In this document: one piece after another, positions 8,740 to 20,411 of the stretch
Numbering within the stretch: position 1 is the stretch's first letter
Layout: every line of letters starts with the position of its first letter
DNA from: an uncultured Gemmatimonadales bacterium
Lineage (GTDB): Bacteria > Gemmatimonadota > Gemmatimonadetes > Gemmatimonadales > Gemmatimonadaceae
Direction of reading: 5' to 3'
Assembly: GCA_963850905.1 (NCBI GenBank)
Contig: CAWKMU010000003.1
Location: 352,001 to 416,000, forward strand
Length of the DNA: 64,000 nt
The notes under the pieces: generated by a model
Told to the model about the DNA's origin: nothing
The model's database searches: none
Seen by the model: the letters and a program-made list of their open reading frames with translations, nothing else
Translations under genes and position numbers: made by a program

Positions 8740-9974
8740 TGCGGCTGCCCTCCCTGGAGCTGCTTGAGCCGGTCATTCGCCTTCTGGATCGCGTCGCGCT
8801 CGGCCTGCAACTCTTTCTCCAGTTGGTCTCGCTGTTTGGCGACGTCTCCAACCTCGCTCTGTTGCAGCGTGGCGAGACGGGTCTGCAGCTGCGCGACCAT
8901 CTGCGCACGGTGGGACACCTGCACGCGAAGCTCTTGCTCCTCGCGCTCCAGGGAGGTGATCTGCGTGCGCAGCACATGCCCGTTGATCACGTCATGGATG
9001 TTTCCACTGTACCCGAGCGCGATATCCCACTTACGGTAGTTGTAGAGGTTCAAGCTCGCCGGACTGACGGTCGAGCCCTTATCCAGCTCGGTCGCGTAAA
9101 TGCCCGCGGACAACCCTCGCCACGCCCCGAGCACGCCTGCGTTCCAGTCCCACCCATTGTTTTCTCCGACGAGCGAGATAGTCGTATTCGGCGTCGGATG
9201 CGTTACGGTCCGTGCGCCGAAGAACAGCCCCCGGACGACAGTCCCGGACTTGTCGTACGCGGCCCCAAGGCCGCCGTCGTCGCTGAACAATCCATTGCCG
9301 CCACCAATCGTGAGACTGATGCTCGAGAGCGCCTTGGTGTTGATCGCAATGGCTTTCGTCGCGACGGCGTAGAAGGTGGGTGCAGTCTCGAACTTCTTGA
9401 AGTACGGCGCCGTCTCTTCGTGCGTCTGGCCCCCGCTATCAACGGCGACGTCGCTGCCGATCAGGAAGCGCTCCTCATGATTGAACGGGCCAAGGTTGCG
9501 GACCCCTACGGCGATCGCCGGCATGAAGGAGGCGAATTGCCCATCGCGGACCGCCAGGACCTGACCGAAGAAACCCCATTCGGGATTGTTGCTGTAGACC
9601 GAGAGCCCCACATCGAACCGCTGCAGCCAGTGCGTGTCGATCGCGATGTTGCCGTTCCAGTGCGATGGCGTGCCGACCCCGCTGGGCGGTGCATTCATAT
9701 GCATTGCCCCGTAGGAGAGCCAGAAATCGGACGAATTGGGAGAGATCCAGGCGACCGGCACGGTGATCAGCCCCGTACCGAAGTCGAGTGTGGCGGGATA
9801 CCACTCTTCCGCCGCCGGAGGGGCCGAAGAGCCGCTTGGCGCGACATGCGTGCTGTCGGACGCAATGGCCTGCCCATGGGCGGCCGTGGCCGTCCAAGCC
9901 AGGACCCCAAGGAGTCCGGCAGCAATACGACACCAGTGCGCCGGACGGGAGTGTCCGCGCCGCAACCTCTGCAT
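8736..9974 (-). CDS. Paralogous predicted outer-membrane beta-barrel with C-terminal coiled coil
   Basis: Signal peptide; shares TLDFGTGLITVPVAWISP, PAIAVGVRNLGP, GxGNGLFS and ENNGWDWN with the neighbouring gene; C-terminal coiled coil. Confidence 0.7.
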   Translation of the reverse strand: MQRLRRGHSRPAHWCRIAAGLLGVLAWTATAAHGQAIASDSTHVAPSGSSAPPAAEEWYPATLDFGTGLITVPVAWISPNSSDFWLSYGAMHMNAPPSGVGTPSHWNGNIAIDTHWLQRFDVGLSVYSNNPEWGFFGQVLAVRDGQFASFMPAIAVGVRNLGPFNHEERFLIGSDVAVDSGGQTHEETAPYFKKFETAPTFYAVATKAIAINTKALSSISLTIGGGNGLFSDDGGLGAAYDKSGTVVRGLFFGARTVTHPTPNTTISLVGENNGWDWNAGVLGAWRGLSAGIYATELDKGSTVSPASLNLYNYRKWDIALGYSGNIHDVINGHVLRTQITSLEREEQELRVQVSHRAQMVAQLQTRLATLQQSEVGDVAKQRDQLEKELQAERDAIQKANDRLKQLQGGQPQ

Positions 9975-10139
9975 CAGTCCTCCTGCTCCAAACGACAGCA
10001 GTGGCTTCGTCGACCCGACGTTCGCAGGATGCCTTGCACGCCCGATCGACCGACGCCTATGATGTTCATATCCGGACTACACTTCGCGCAACGGCAAATT
10101 GGTCATTTTGTCCGGGCGATCCCCCCTCCCCGACTCTCA

Positions 10140-10940
10140 ATGACGACAGATAGACCGAAATCGTTGCACACAAGGCCACGCTATCCGGACGGCTGGAACG
10201 TCGCAACCGCAACGCTAAATGCGAGACGGGGATGGGCCCCCGCGGCGGGCACCCCGAGGCGCGCCGCCCTCACGGCTGCCGCATGCGCCCTCTTGGCCGT
10301 GGGACCTGCCTGTCGCTCGGGTGGGAACGGAGGGTCCGCGCATGCAGCTAGCCAGCCCTCCCAGACACCCCCGGCGGCCGGAAAGGGGACGGACACCCTC
10401 ACGACGCGGATGGACCTCTCCCGGATCCTGGGGGACAGCTCCGCGCGGGTGTGGTTCGTCGTTGCGAGCGACTTTCAGTGTCCCTACTGCAAGCAGTTCC
10501 ACGATCAGTCGTTCGGGGCCATCCGCGATCAATACGTGTCCACGGGCAAGGTGCGTATCGCCTACATCAACTATCCCCTGCCTATCCACGCCAACGCCTG
10601 GCCATCGGCGGAAGCGGCGATGTGCGCCGGCGCGCAGGGCAAGTTCTGGCAGATGCACGACGGGCTGTTTGCGTCCCAGCAGCGGTGGGAGGACAAGCAC
10701 CCACCGACTGCCGTGCTCGACTCTGTCGCACATGCGATCGGGGTCGACACCACCGCCATGAACGCGTGTATGACGGGGCCACAGGTGCACGCGTTGATCG
10801 AAGCGGACCGAGACCGCGCCGACCAGTCGGGCGTGAATGCGACTCCAACGATCATCATCGGCCGCAACCTGATGCCCGGCGTCGAACCGATCCAGAACTA
10901 CCGTCACGTACTCGACTCCGCCCTCGCGGCAAGTCGGTAG
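10140..10940 (+). CDS. DsbA/DsbG-type thioredoxin-fold oxidoreductase, probable lipoprotein (start uncertain)
   Basis: SDFQCPYC active site, YPLPIHANA, AEAAMCAGAQGKFWQMHD and GVNATPT cis-Pro loop; hydrophobic stretch ending in PAC. Confidence 0.88.
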   Translation: MTTDRPKSLHTRPRYPDGWNVATATLNARRGWAPAAGTPRRAALTAAACALLAVGPACRSGGNGGSAHAASQPSQTPPAAGKGTDTLTTRMDLSRILGDSSARVWFVVASDFQCPYCKQFHDQSFGAIRDQYVSTGKVRIAYINYPLPIHANAWPSAEAAMCAGAQGKFWQMHDGLFASQQRWEDKHPPTAVLDSVAHAIGVDTTAMNACMTGPQVHALIEADRDRADQSGVNATPTIIIGRNLMPGVEPIQNYRHVLDSALAASR

Positions 10941-10968
10941 CGGCCGCGCATCGGCCGCAGGCGCCTGC

Positions 10969-12288
10969 GTGAACGCCCTGGTCGGCGCCGCGTACAGGAT
11001 TGCAGGGACCCTCGCCGCGGGTATCGCCGATATCGCCGGCGGCTTCCCGGGCGAGGGCAAGCTGCTCCGAACGCTCCGCGCCCGCCGTGGTCTGCTGGCG
11101 CGCTACGACACGTGGGCCGCGTCTGAGCGCGTCCGTACCAGACCGCTCCTGTGGATGCACGCCCCGTCGGTCGGTGAAGGGTTGCAGGCGCGACCGGTTC
11201 TCGAGCAGATGCGTCGACGCCACCCCACCCTGCAACTCGCCTACACCTACTTCTCACCGAGCGCCGAGCCATTTGCCCAGGGACTCCGGGCCGACGGCGT
11301 CGCGGACTTCGCCGATTACCTGCCATGGGACACCGCGCACGACATGCGACAGGCGCTGGTAGCGCTCGCACCGACTGCACTGGTTTTTTCGAAGCTCGAC
11401 GTGTGGCCGGTGCTGGTCCAGGCCGCCGCGGACCGACACACGCGACTCGGGCTCATTAGCGCGACATTGAGCGCGGTCTCGGGCCGGCGCTCGCGCGCGG
11501 CCGTTGCCCTGCTTCGCGATGCGTACGCACGGCTCGACGCAGTGGGCGCGATCACCGAGGCGGACGCGGAGCGCTTGCGGGCGCTGGGAGTTCGTCAGCA
11601 GGCGTTGCGTGTGACGGGCGACACCCGGTACGACCAGGTGTGGGCCAGGGCGCAGCGCGTGGACCGCACCGCCATGCCTGTCGCAGCGTTGTTGACGCCG
11701 CGACGACCGACGCTCGTCGCCGGCTCGACCTGGCCGTCGGACGAGCGCATCGTCCTCGCCGGGTGGGCCGCGCTGCGCGGTCGATTTCCATCGCTGCGGC
11801 TCGTGCTGGCGCCGCACGAGCCAACGCCCGCACATCTGGCACCGGTCGAGCAGTGGGCGAGTGCCCGGGGCTATCGCTGCGCCCGACTGGATGCTCGCGA
11901 CCTGTCCAGCGCGGACGTGGTGATCGTCGATCGCGTCGGCGTGCTAGGCGTTCTGTATGCGGCAGCCGACGTCGCCTTCGTCGGCGGCGGTTTTCACGGG
12001 GCCGGTCTGCATTCGGTCGTCGAACCGGCGGCGTTCGGCGCACCCGTGGTGTTTGGCCCGCACCATCAATCGAGCGCCGACGCCCAGCGTCTCCTCGCCG
12101 CCGGCGGTGCGCGGGTGGCTGTCGACGCCGAGACCTTTGCCACGATCATGGGCGCATGGCTCGCCGACGACGCCGCCCGCCGCGACGCCGGCGCCCGCGC
12201 CCGTCAGGTCGTCGAGTCAGGCCTCGGCGCGACCGATCGGTCGGTAGAGATGGTTGAGGAACTGCTGGAGCTAGACGTTGGACGTTAG
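10969..12288 (+). CDS. waaA: 3-deoxy-D-manno-octulosonic acid (Kdo) transferase
   Basis: WMHAPSVGE, YLPWD, GDTRYD, VAGSTW, AFVGGGF and HSVVEPAAFGAPV motifs of GT30. Confidence 0.92.
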   Translation: MNALVGAAYRIAGTLAAGIADIAGGFPGEGKLLRTLRARRGLLARYDTWAASERVRTRPLLWMHAPSVGEGLQARPVLEQMRRRHPTLQLAYTYFSPSAEPFAQGLRADGVADFADYLPWDTAHDMRQALVALAPTALVFSKLDVWPVLVQAAADRHTRLGLISATLSAVSGRRSRAAVALLRDAYARLDAVGAITEADAERLRALGVRQQALRVTGDTRYDQVWARAQRVDRTAMPVAALLTPRRPTLVAGSTWPSDERIVLAGWAALRGRFPSLRLVLAPHEPTPAHLAPVEQWASARGYRCARLDARDLSSADVVIVDRVGVLGVLYAAADVAFVGGGFHGAGLHSVVEPAAFGAPVVFGPHHQSSADAQRLLAAGGARVAVDAETFATIMGAWLADDAARRDAGARARQVVESGLGATDRSVEMVEELLELDVGR

Positions 12289-13529
12289 ACGTCCTTATCG
12301 CCTTTCAGGAAGTACCCCTGTACCAAATGCACCCCGAGATCCTGTAGCGTCGCCAGCTCTTCGGCACGCTCCACGCCCTCGGCGATCACACGCGTGCTCT
12401 GCTCGTTGGCAAACCGCACCATCGTCTCGACGAGATTCTGCTTCACCGCGTTGCCGTCGATACCCGCGATGAGCGACATGTCGAGCTTGATGAAGTCCGG
12501 CTCGAGGTTGGCAATCGAACCCAGGCCCGAGTAGCCACTCCCCGCGTCATCGACGGCGAAGCGGTAGCCGAGCTCGCGGAAGGCGCGCATCCGCTCGCGC
12601 ATCGTCGGGTAGTCGGTGATCGCCGTGCGCTCGGTGATCTCGATGACCACTTGATGCGGATCATGCGACCCCGCAGGCCCGGCGGCGGCGCCGGGCAACG
12701 CCGCGGTCTCGCTTGCGAATTCCGGGTCCGCGAAATCCTGCGGGTCGGCGTTCACGAACAGGAGTTGGTCGGGTCCCAGGCGGTCGTGCATGCCCTCGTA
12801 CGCCTTCGCCCGGCAGAGTCGACTCAGCTCCCAGTGCAGGTTGCCCTCGGCGGCGAGCGAGAACATCACTTCCGGGTTCCGCAGTGTGCGCACCACGCCC
12901 CGCGCCAACGCCTCGTATCCGAATACCGTGCCCGTCTCGGCCACCACGATCGGATCGTACTCGATGTAGACCGCGCGGTCACGCAGGCTCGCGCGCAGCT
13001 GCGCCAGCTGCCGGGCGCGGTCTCGCTGTGCGACACTGCGCGCCGCGGCGGCCGCCTCGCGGACGCCACGATAGATCAGTCGCTCCACGCGCAGCTTGGG
13101 GTCGACCATCACGTGGGAGCGACCAATGAACACGTCGACCAGCGTCGCGATCTCGGCACCATGCACCGCCTCCACACGCCCGGCCACCGCGGCTTGCAAC
13201 CCACGCGCAAGACGGGCGACGTCCGCCTCGACCTTGATGGCGACGCCGACGCCGGACACTGGTGGGATGTCGAGGCACACGACGTCCTCGTCGTGCGGAA
13301 TGACCGTGGCGGCTCGCAGACGGTGCGGACCATCCGGCGATCGCAGCTCGCGCAGTCGATCGACCACCGCCGCCTGGGCGGTCTCGAGTACGGCATCGAG
13401 TTTTTCCCAGCCGTAGACCTTTTCTAATTTGGCAAAACGGCCAAATGAGAGGTACAGGACCGTCACCTCACCGCGCGCACTGATCTCCGCGCGTGCCTCG
13501 CCGACTACGTCATTGAGGGAGGGAAGCAC
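12285..13529 (-). CDS. EAL-domain c-di-GMP phosphodiesterase with degenerate GGDEF-like N-terminal region
   Basis: GYEALARG, FVN, IEITER, VDDAGSGYSGL, IKLD, AEGVE and VQGY catalytic motifs are all present. Confidence 0.88.
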   Translation of the reverse strand: MLPSLNDVVGEARAEISARGEVTVLYLSFGRFAKLEKVYGWEKLDAVLETAQAAVVDRLRELRSPDGPHRLRAATVIPHDEDVVCLDIPPVSGVGVAIKVEADVARLARGLQAAVAGRVEAVHGAEIATLVDVFIGRSHVMVDPKLRVERLIYRGVREAAAAARSVAQRDRARQLAQLRASLRDRAVYIEYDPIVVAETGTVFGYEALARGVVRTLRNPEVMFSLAAEGNLHWELSRLCRAKAYEGMHDRLGPDQLLFVNADPQDFADPEFASETAALPGAAAGPAGSHDPHQVVIEITERTAITDYPTMRERMRAFRELGYRFAVDDAGSGYSGLGSIANLEPDFIKLDMSLIAGIDGNAVKQNLVETMVRFANEQSTRVIAEGVERAEELATLQDLGVHLVQGYFLKGDKDV

Positions 13530-13565
13530 CGTCCACGCTGCGCAGAGCGCCGCAACTCATCGGCG

Positions 13566-14294
13566 TTACGGTCGGCGCAAGCCTGGTGGCTGCCACGCCA
13601 CACCGATCCCGATGGTGTTGTCGAGGTTCGCAATCGTCGACCGATTGAACGCCGCCTCCAGACGCGCCGACAAGGCAGGCGTGAACTGGAAGTTGGCCCC
13701 AAGGCCGAATGATGCGCCGAGACCGGCCTGGGCCGAGCCGCCTCGCACCTGAATGATGCAATGACCGGCACCGCAGAAGTCGAGCGACGCTTCCGGATGA
13801 ACGTAGGGCGTCAAGGACATGCCATTATCCAATCCGAAACAATGCCCGAGCGAGACCGCGAAAGGCAACCGCGTGAACGGCGTCCCGCCATGGGCGAACG
13901 ACAGCGTGACGCCGACCGTGCCCAGCAGGCCGAAGGCCTCGGAGTCCGTTTGCGGCGCCAGCAGGTAGCCGTAGCGTCCACCCACGAACGTGACCGCGTG
14001 GCCGTTGACGTTCGGCGCGTTACCGGCATCGAAGATGAATTCGCTCCGCCGTTGGAGCTCCTCCCGCCACTGGAAGATGAAGCTCGTCCCGTCATACCCG
14101 CCATCCGCCACAGCCAGGGTGAACTCCCGGTTCACCACGTAGGGCTCCTGGAAGCTGGGGTAGATCCAGGCTTGGGCCTCGGCCACCGCCGGACGCGCGA
14201 GTCCCCACACACCGGCCGCCGCGCACACGGCTATCCACAAGAGGCTGGCGCGCGAACGCGCAGCCGCAGGAGCACCAGGCAGAGGCAGTGGCAT
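13566..14294 (-). CDS. Hypothetical outer-membrane beta-barrel protein
   Basis: Signal peptide (AVAEA-QA), amphipathic beta strands, terminal IGIGVAW strand. Confidence 0.6.
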   Translation of the reverse strand: MPLPLPGAPAAARSRASLLWIAVCAAAGVWGLARPAVAEAQAWIYPSFQEPYVVNREFTLAVADGGYDGTSFIFQWREELQRRSEFIFDAGNAPNVNGHAVTFVGGRYGYLLAPQTDSEAFGLLGTVGVTLSFAHGGTPFTRLPFAVSLGHCFGLDNGMSLTPYVHPEASLDFCGAGHCIIQVRGGSAQAGLGASFGLGANFQFTPALSARLEAAFNRSTIANLDNTIGIGVAWQPPGLRRP

Positions 14295-14311
14295 GCGCGG
14301 CCGCGGGGTGC

Positions 14312-14566
14312 CTAGGTCACGGCGCGGGCCGACTCGGTCACGATGCGCACAATGTCGTCCGCCACCTGAAGGAAACCGCCGTCGACCTCGAAGCGGCGCG
14401 TGCCGCCTTCGACGCCGTCGAGTCGCAGCACACCGCGACCGAGGAGTGTCACGAGCGGAGCATGCCGGGCCAGCACGCCAACCTCGCCGTCGAAGGCAGG
14501 AGCCACGACGGACGTCACACTACCGTCGAACAACATCCGCTCCGGAGAAATGACGGAGGCGTGCAC
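14312..14566 (-). CDS. atpC: F1 ATP synthase epsilon subunit (short, ~84 aa)
   Basis: VISPERMLFDG...APAFDGEVGVLARHAPL...VDGGFLQV; follows atpD; GTG start at 14566 inferred. Confidence 0.9.
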   Translation of the reverse strand: MHASVISPERMLFDGSVTSVVAPAFDGEVGVLARHAPLVTLLGRGVLRLDGVEGGTRRFEVDGGFLQVADDIVRIVTESARAVT

Positions 14567-14568
14567 GA

Positions 14569-16940
<2,372 letters not shown>

Positions 16941-16969
16941 GTCGGGGTCTCAGCGAGCTCGCGCCGCCA

Positions 16970-18592
16970 TCACGGCGACGCCGCGGCCGCCGCGGCCGCG
17001 GGACGGGCCGACGCGCTCGTGCGTCGCAGGAAGTCCTGCGTGAACCGCTCGATCGCCTGACGCAGCTGTGCCTCGGTCTCCTTGGACAGCGTTTTCTCCT
17101 TCCGGATGCGCTCCCCGATTTGCGGAGCCTGTGCGTCCATCGCGTCGTGGAACTCCCGCTCCCACTGGCGGACGCGGCTCACCTCGATGCCATCGAGATA
17201 GCCGTTGGTCACCGCGAAGATGCTCATCACCTGCTTGTCGACCGGCATCGGCTGGTATTGCGGCTGCTTGAGGATCTCGACGGTCCGAGCACCACGGTCG
17301 AGCTGCTTCTTCGTGGCCGCGTCGAGATCCGACGCGAACGCCGCGAACGCCTCGAGCTCGCGGTATTGCGCGAGATCGAGGCGGAGGCGACCAGCCACCG
17401 CCTTCATGGCCTTGATCTGTGCCGATCCACCGACGCGTGAGACGGAGATTCCGACGTTGATCGCCGGCCGGACGCCGGCGTAGAACAGGTCGGACTCGAG
17501 GAAGATCTGCCCGTCGGTGATGGAGATGACGTTGGTCGGGATGTACGCCGACACGTCGCCACCCTGAGTCTCGATAATCGGCAAGGCGGTGAGTGAGCCG
17601 CCCGGCTTGAAGATCGTCTTGTTGTCGACGATGCTCGGGTCTTCGCTCAACTTGGCGGCGCGCTCGAGCAGTCGCGAGTGGAGATAGAACACATCGCCCG
17701 GATAAGCCTCGCGACCGGGGGGGCGCCGCAGCACGAGCGAGATCTCGCGGTACGCGGCCGCCTGTTTCGTGAGATCGTCGTACACGCAGAGCGTCGGCTT
17801 CCCCTCGTGGTACATGAAGTACTCCGCCATTGCACAGCCGGAGTATGGCGCGATGTACTGCATGGGAGCGGGATCAGACGCGGAGGCGTTGACGATGATC
17901 GTGTAGGCCATCGCACCTGCTTCGCGCAACTTCGCCTCGACCGATCGCACGGTCGAAGCTTTCTGGCCGATCGCGACGTACACGCAGATGACGCCCGTAC
18001 CCTTCTGATTGATGATCGTATCGATCGCGATCGCTGTCTTCCCGATCCCTCGGTCACCGATGATGAGCTCGCGCTGCCCGCGGCCGATGGGGATCATCGA
18101 GTCCACCGCCTTGAGCCCAGTTTGGAGGGGCTCCTTCACCGGCTGCCTGACGATGATGCCTGGGGCCGGCGACTCGACCTTCCGAGTGACGGTGGTGCGG
18201 ATCTCGCCGAGTCCATCGATCGGGCGCCCGAGCGCGTCGACCACTCGGCCGATGAGCGCGGGGCCGACGGGGACTTCCAGCACGCGGCCAGTCCGGCGCA
18301 CATCGTCACCTTCGCGGAGGACGAGGTAGTCGCCAAGGATCACCGCGCCGATGTTGTCTTCCTCGAGATTGAGCGCGAGCGCCGTGATGACGTCGCCGGT
18401 CTCGGATGAGGTGATCTCGAGCATCTCACCGGCCATCGCCTTCTCGAGTCCGTAGATTCGCGCGATGCCGTCACGCACTTCGAGGACGGTGCCGACTTCT
18501 TGGATGTCCAACTCGGCGAGATCCGCGGCCTCGATCTCGCGGAGCAGGATACCCTTTATTTCGCCGGGTCGGAGCGTTGTGTCAGTGGCCAT
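16970..18592 (-). CDS. atpA: F1 ATP synthase alpha subunit
   Basis: [40 protein letters not shown]. Confidence 0.99.
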   Translation of the reverse strand: MATDTTLRPGEIKGILLREIEAADLAELDIQEVGTVLEVRDGIARIYGLEKAMAGEMLEITSSETGDVITALALNLEEDNIGAVILGDYLVLREGDDVRRTGRVLEVPVGPALIGRVVDALGRPIDGLGEIRTTVTRKVESPAPGIIVRQPVKEPLQTGLKAVDSMIPIGRGQRELIIGDRGIGKTAIAIDTIINQKGTGVICVYVAIGQKASTVRSVEAKLREAGAMAYTIIVNASASDPAPMQYIAPYSGCAMAEYFMYHEGKPTLCVYDDLTKQAAAYREISLVLRRPPGREAYPGDVFYLHSRLLERAAKLSEDPSIVDNKTIFKPGGSLTALPIIETQGGDVSAYIPTNVISITDGQIFLESDLFYAGVRPAINVGISVSRVGGSAQIKAMKAVAGRLRLDLAQYRELEAFAAFASDLDAATKKQLDRGARTVEILKQPQYQPMPVDKQVMSIFAVTNGYLDGIEVSRVRQWEREFHDAMDAQAPQIGERIRKEKTLSKETEAQLRQAIERFTQDFLRRTSASARPAAAAAAASP

Positions 18593-18883
18593 GGACAGTC
18601 AGGGGAATCGTAAGGTCCGGAAGTCGTGCCACCAAGAACCGTCGTACGGGCGGGCATATCGGCGAGGCATGCCTCGCCTTTTTCCCGCCCGTTCCTCGGG
18701 CGGCGGGCCACTATCAATAAGCGGCCTGGTCCGGTACAGATTGTGAAAAATATCACAAGAAGACTGCGCCCGCTAGCTGCGGACATTGGCGATGATAGCA
18801 CGGGCAGCGAGCGCGCAGCAGTAATGAATAATCGTATGGTGCCCCGCCTCGCGAGTGAACGAACGCTCGTCGGGGCCTAGGTC

Positions 18884-19798
18884 CTATTGCTTTTTTCGCT
18901 CGATCGGTCGGCCCGCGCTGGCAGCCGGTGTCTTGCTTCGACCGCGGCCGGCGGCGAAGCGGCCGATCAAGTCGACGGCCCGGAGGCGTGCGAGAGAGGG
19001 CGGCTTGAGACCGACGATCCGTTGCGTCGTGCTCGACAGATGGGAGGCTGAGGCAAAGCCGAGGACGGCGGCCACGTCCCGGAGGTCGTACCCGGGATTC
19101 TTGGCAAGCTCCGCCGCCGCGACGAGTCGCACGAGATCGATCACACGCTTCAGGTTCGGGGCCCGGGCTGTCGCGAACGCGCGGCTCAGATGCTCGCGCG
19201 TCACGCCGACGACGCGGGCGACCGTATCAGTCCGGACCGGCAGACCGGCGTGCTCGACGACACATCGCCAAGTCTTGTGCTGGAGGGCGGTCGAGAGCGC
19301 CAATGCGGCGGGCGGCTCCTGCAGGGCCGCCGCGAAGCGAGCGCGAAACGTCACCGGCAGGACCATCGCGCGCACGACCGCATCGTCGACACCCTCGATG
19401 ATGACATCCGCGAGATCGAGGCGGGCAGCGCGGGCGACGATCGGCGCGTCGGCCGATCGGAGCGGAGACACACCGAAGAAGGGCGCACTGGGGAACTCGC
19501 GCGCGCAGGCGACCGCGATCCAGACATCGTCGGTTCCCCCGCCGAGATCGATGAGCGCCGCGTCGATGAGTGCTTTGCGAAATGCGGCCGCGAACTCCTT
19601 GGCCGTGCGCGCGATGATGAGTCGAGCCTGGCGGCGCGGAAACGCCGCACGGGCGAGCGCGCGCACGCGATCGCGGGGCGCGTAGACCGCGACGCACGGG
19701 ATGGTGACCCGGCTGAGCGATGCCGCCGTTCGCCGCGTCCGCGTCCGGGTTCGCTTCGCCGGCGCTGCCGGTATCCCTCCGGGGTGCGAGCGCCTCAT
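18884..19798 (-). CDS. AraC-like HTH protein with N-terminal receiver-like domain
   Basis: ATG at 19798 overlaps the NUDIX stop (ATGA). C-terminal HTHs VARVVGVTREHLSRAF and DVAAVLGFASASHLS; N-terminal DAALIDL segment is receiver-like. Confidence 0.75.
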   Translation of the reverse strand: MRRSHPGGIPAAPAKRTRTRTRRTAASLSRVTIPCVAVYAPRDRVRALARAAFPRRQARLIIARTAKEFAAAFRKALIDAALIDLGGGTDDVWIAVACAREFPSAPFFGVSPLRSADAPIVARAARLDLADVIIEGVDDAVVRAMVLPVTFRARFAAALQEPPAALALSTALQHKTWRCVVEHAGLPVRTDTVARVVGVTREHLSRAFATARAPNLKRVIDLVRLVAAAELAKNPGYDLRDVAAVLGFASASHLSSTTQRIVGLKPPSLARLRAVDLIGRFAAGRGRSKTPAASAGRPIERKKQ

Positions 19799-20409
19799 AC
19801 GCTGCCGTCGGCCTGCGCGCCGGTCAGCATCGCGTACCCACGCGTGAGCACGCCCCTCGCATTGGCGTACGACAAGCGCCCGAGCGCCGTCTCGTAGGGC
19901 AGCCACTCGCAGGCGGAAATGCCCTCGGCCCGTTGCGGCGTCGTCTCGGCAGACGTGCCAGGTTGAACGACCATCAGATAGAAGTCGCACACCTTGTGAA
20001 TCAGCCGACCGCGGAAGCGGAACCACCAGTCGATCGTGTCGACGAGTCCGCGGATCTCGAGGCCTGACAGACCCGTCTCTTCCTCGACCTCGCGCATTGC
20101 CGCGTGATCTGCGGGTTCGCCAGACTCGATGTGTCCTTTGGGAAAACCCCAGTTGTCGTAACTGTCGCGGATGAGGAGCACGAGCGGCTGATCGGCCTCG
20201 CGCGTTGCGCGCATGACGATGCCACCGGCAGAACGCTCGACATGGCCGCGCGGGCGCGCAGCGCCGGCCGGTGCGCCCGCGGCGCCGCGGCCGCGCTTCT
20301 TGGCCGTCGTCTCATGGCGGGCCTTCGGCCCGCCACCATCCTTTGGTTCAGCCGTTGATTCAGACGAGTGGGACCGATCGCCCCCACCCGTTCGTGGCCG
20401 CTTCGGCAC
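19795..20409 (-). CDS. NUDIX hydrolase (Ap4A hydrolase-like)
   Basis: SAGGIV and WGFPKGHIESGEPADHAAMREVEEETGL Nudix box. Confidence 0.92.
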   Translation of the reverse strand: MPKRPRTGGGDRSHSSESTAEPKDGGGPKARHETTAKKRGRGAAGAPAGAARPRGHVERSAGGIVMRATREADQPLVLLIRDSYDNWGFPKGHIESGEPADHAAMREVEEETGLSGLEIRGLVDTIDWWFRFRGRLIHKVCDFYLMVVQPGTSAETTPQRAEGISACEWLPYETALGRLSYANARGVLTRGYAMLTGAQADGSV

Positions 20410-20411
20410 GC

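Noticed and set aside
8823..10139. N-terminal ~440 aa of the 705-aa plus-strand ORF
   Set aside because: It is antisense to the barrel gene; only the C-terminal DsbA-like part is protein-like.
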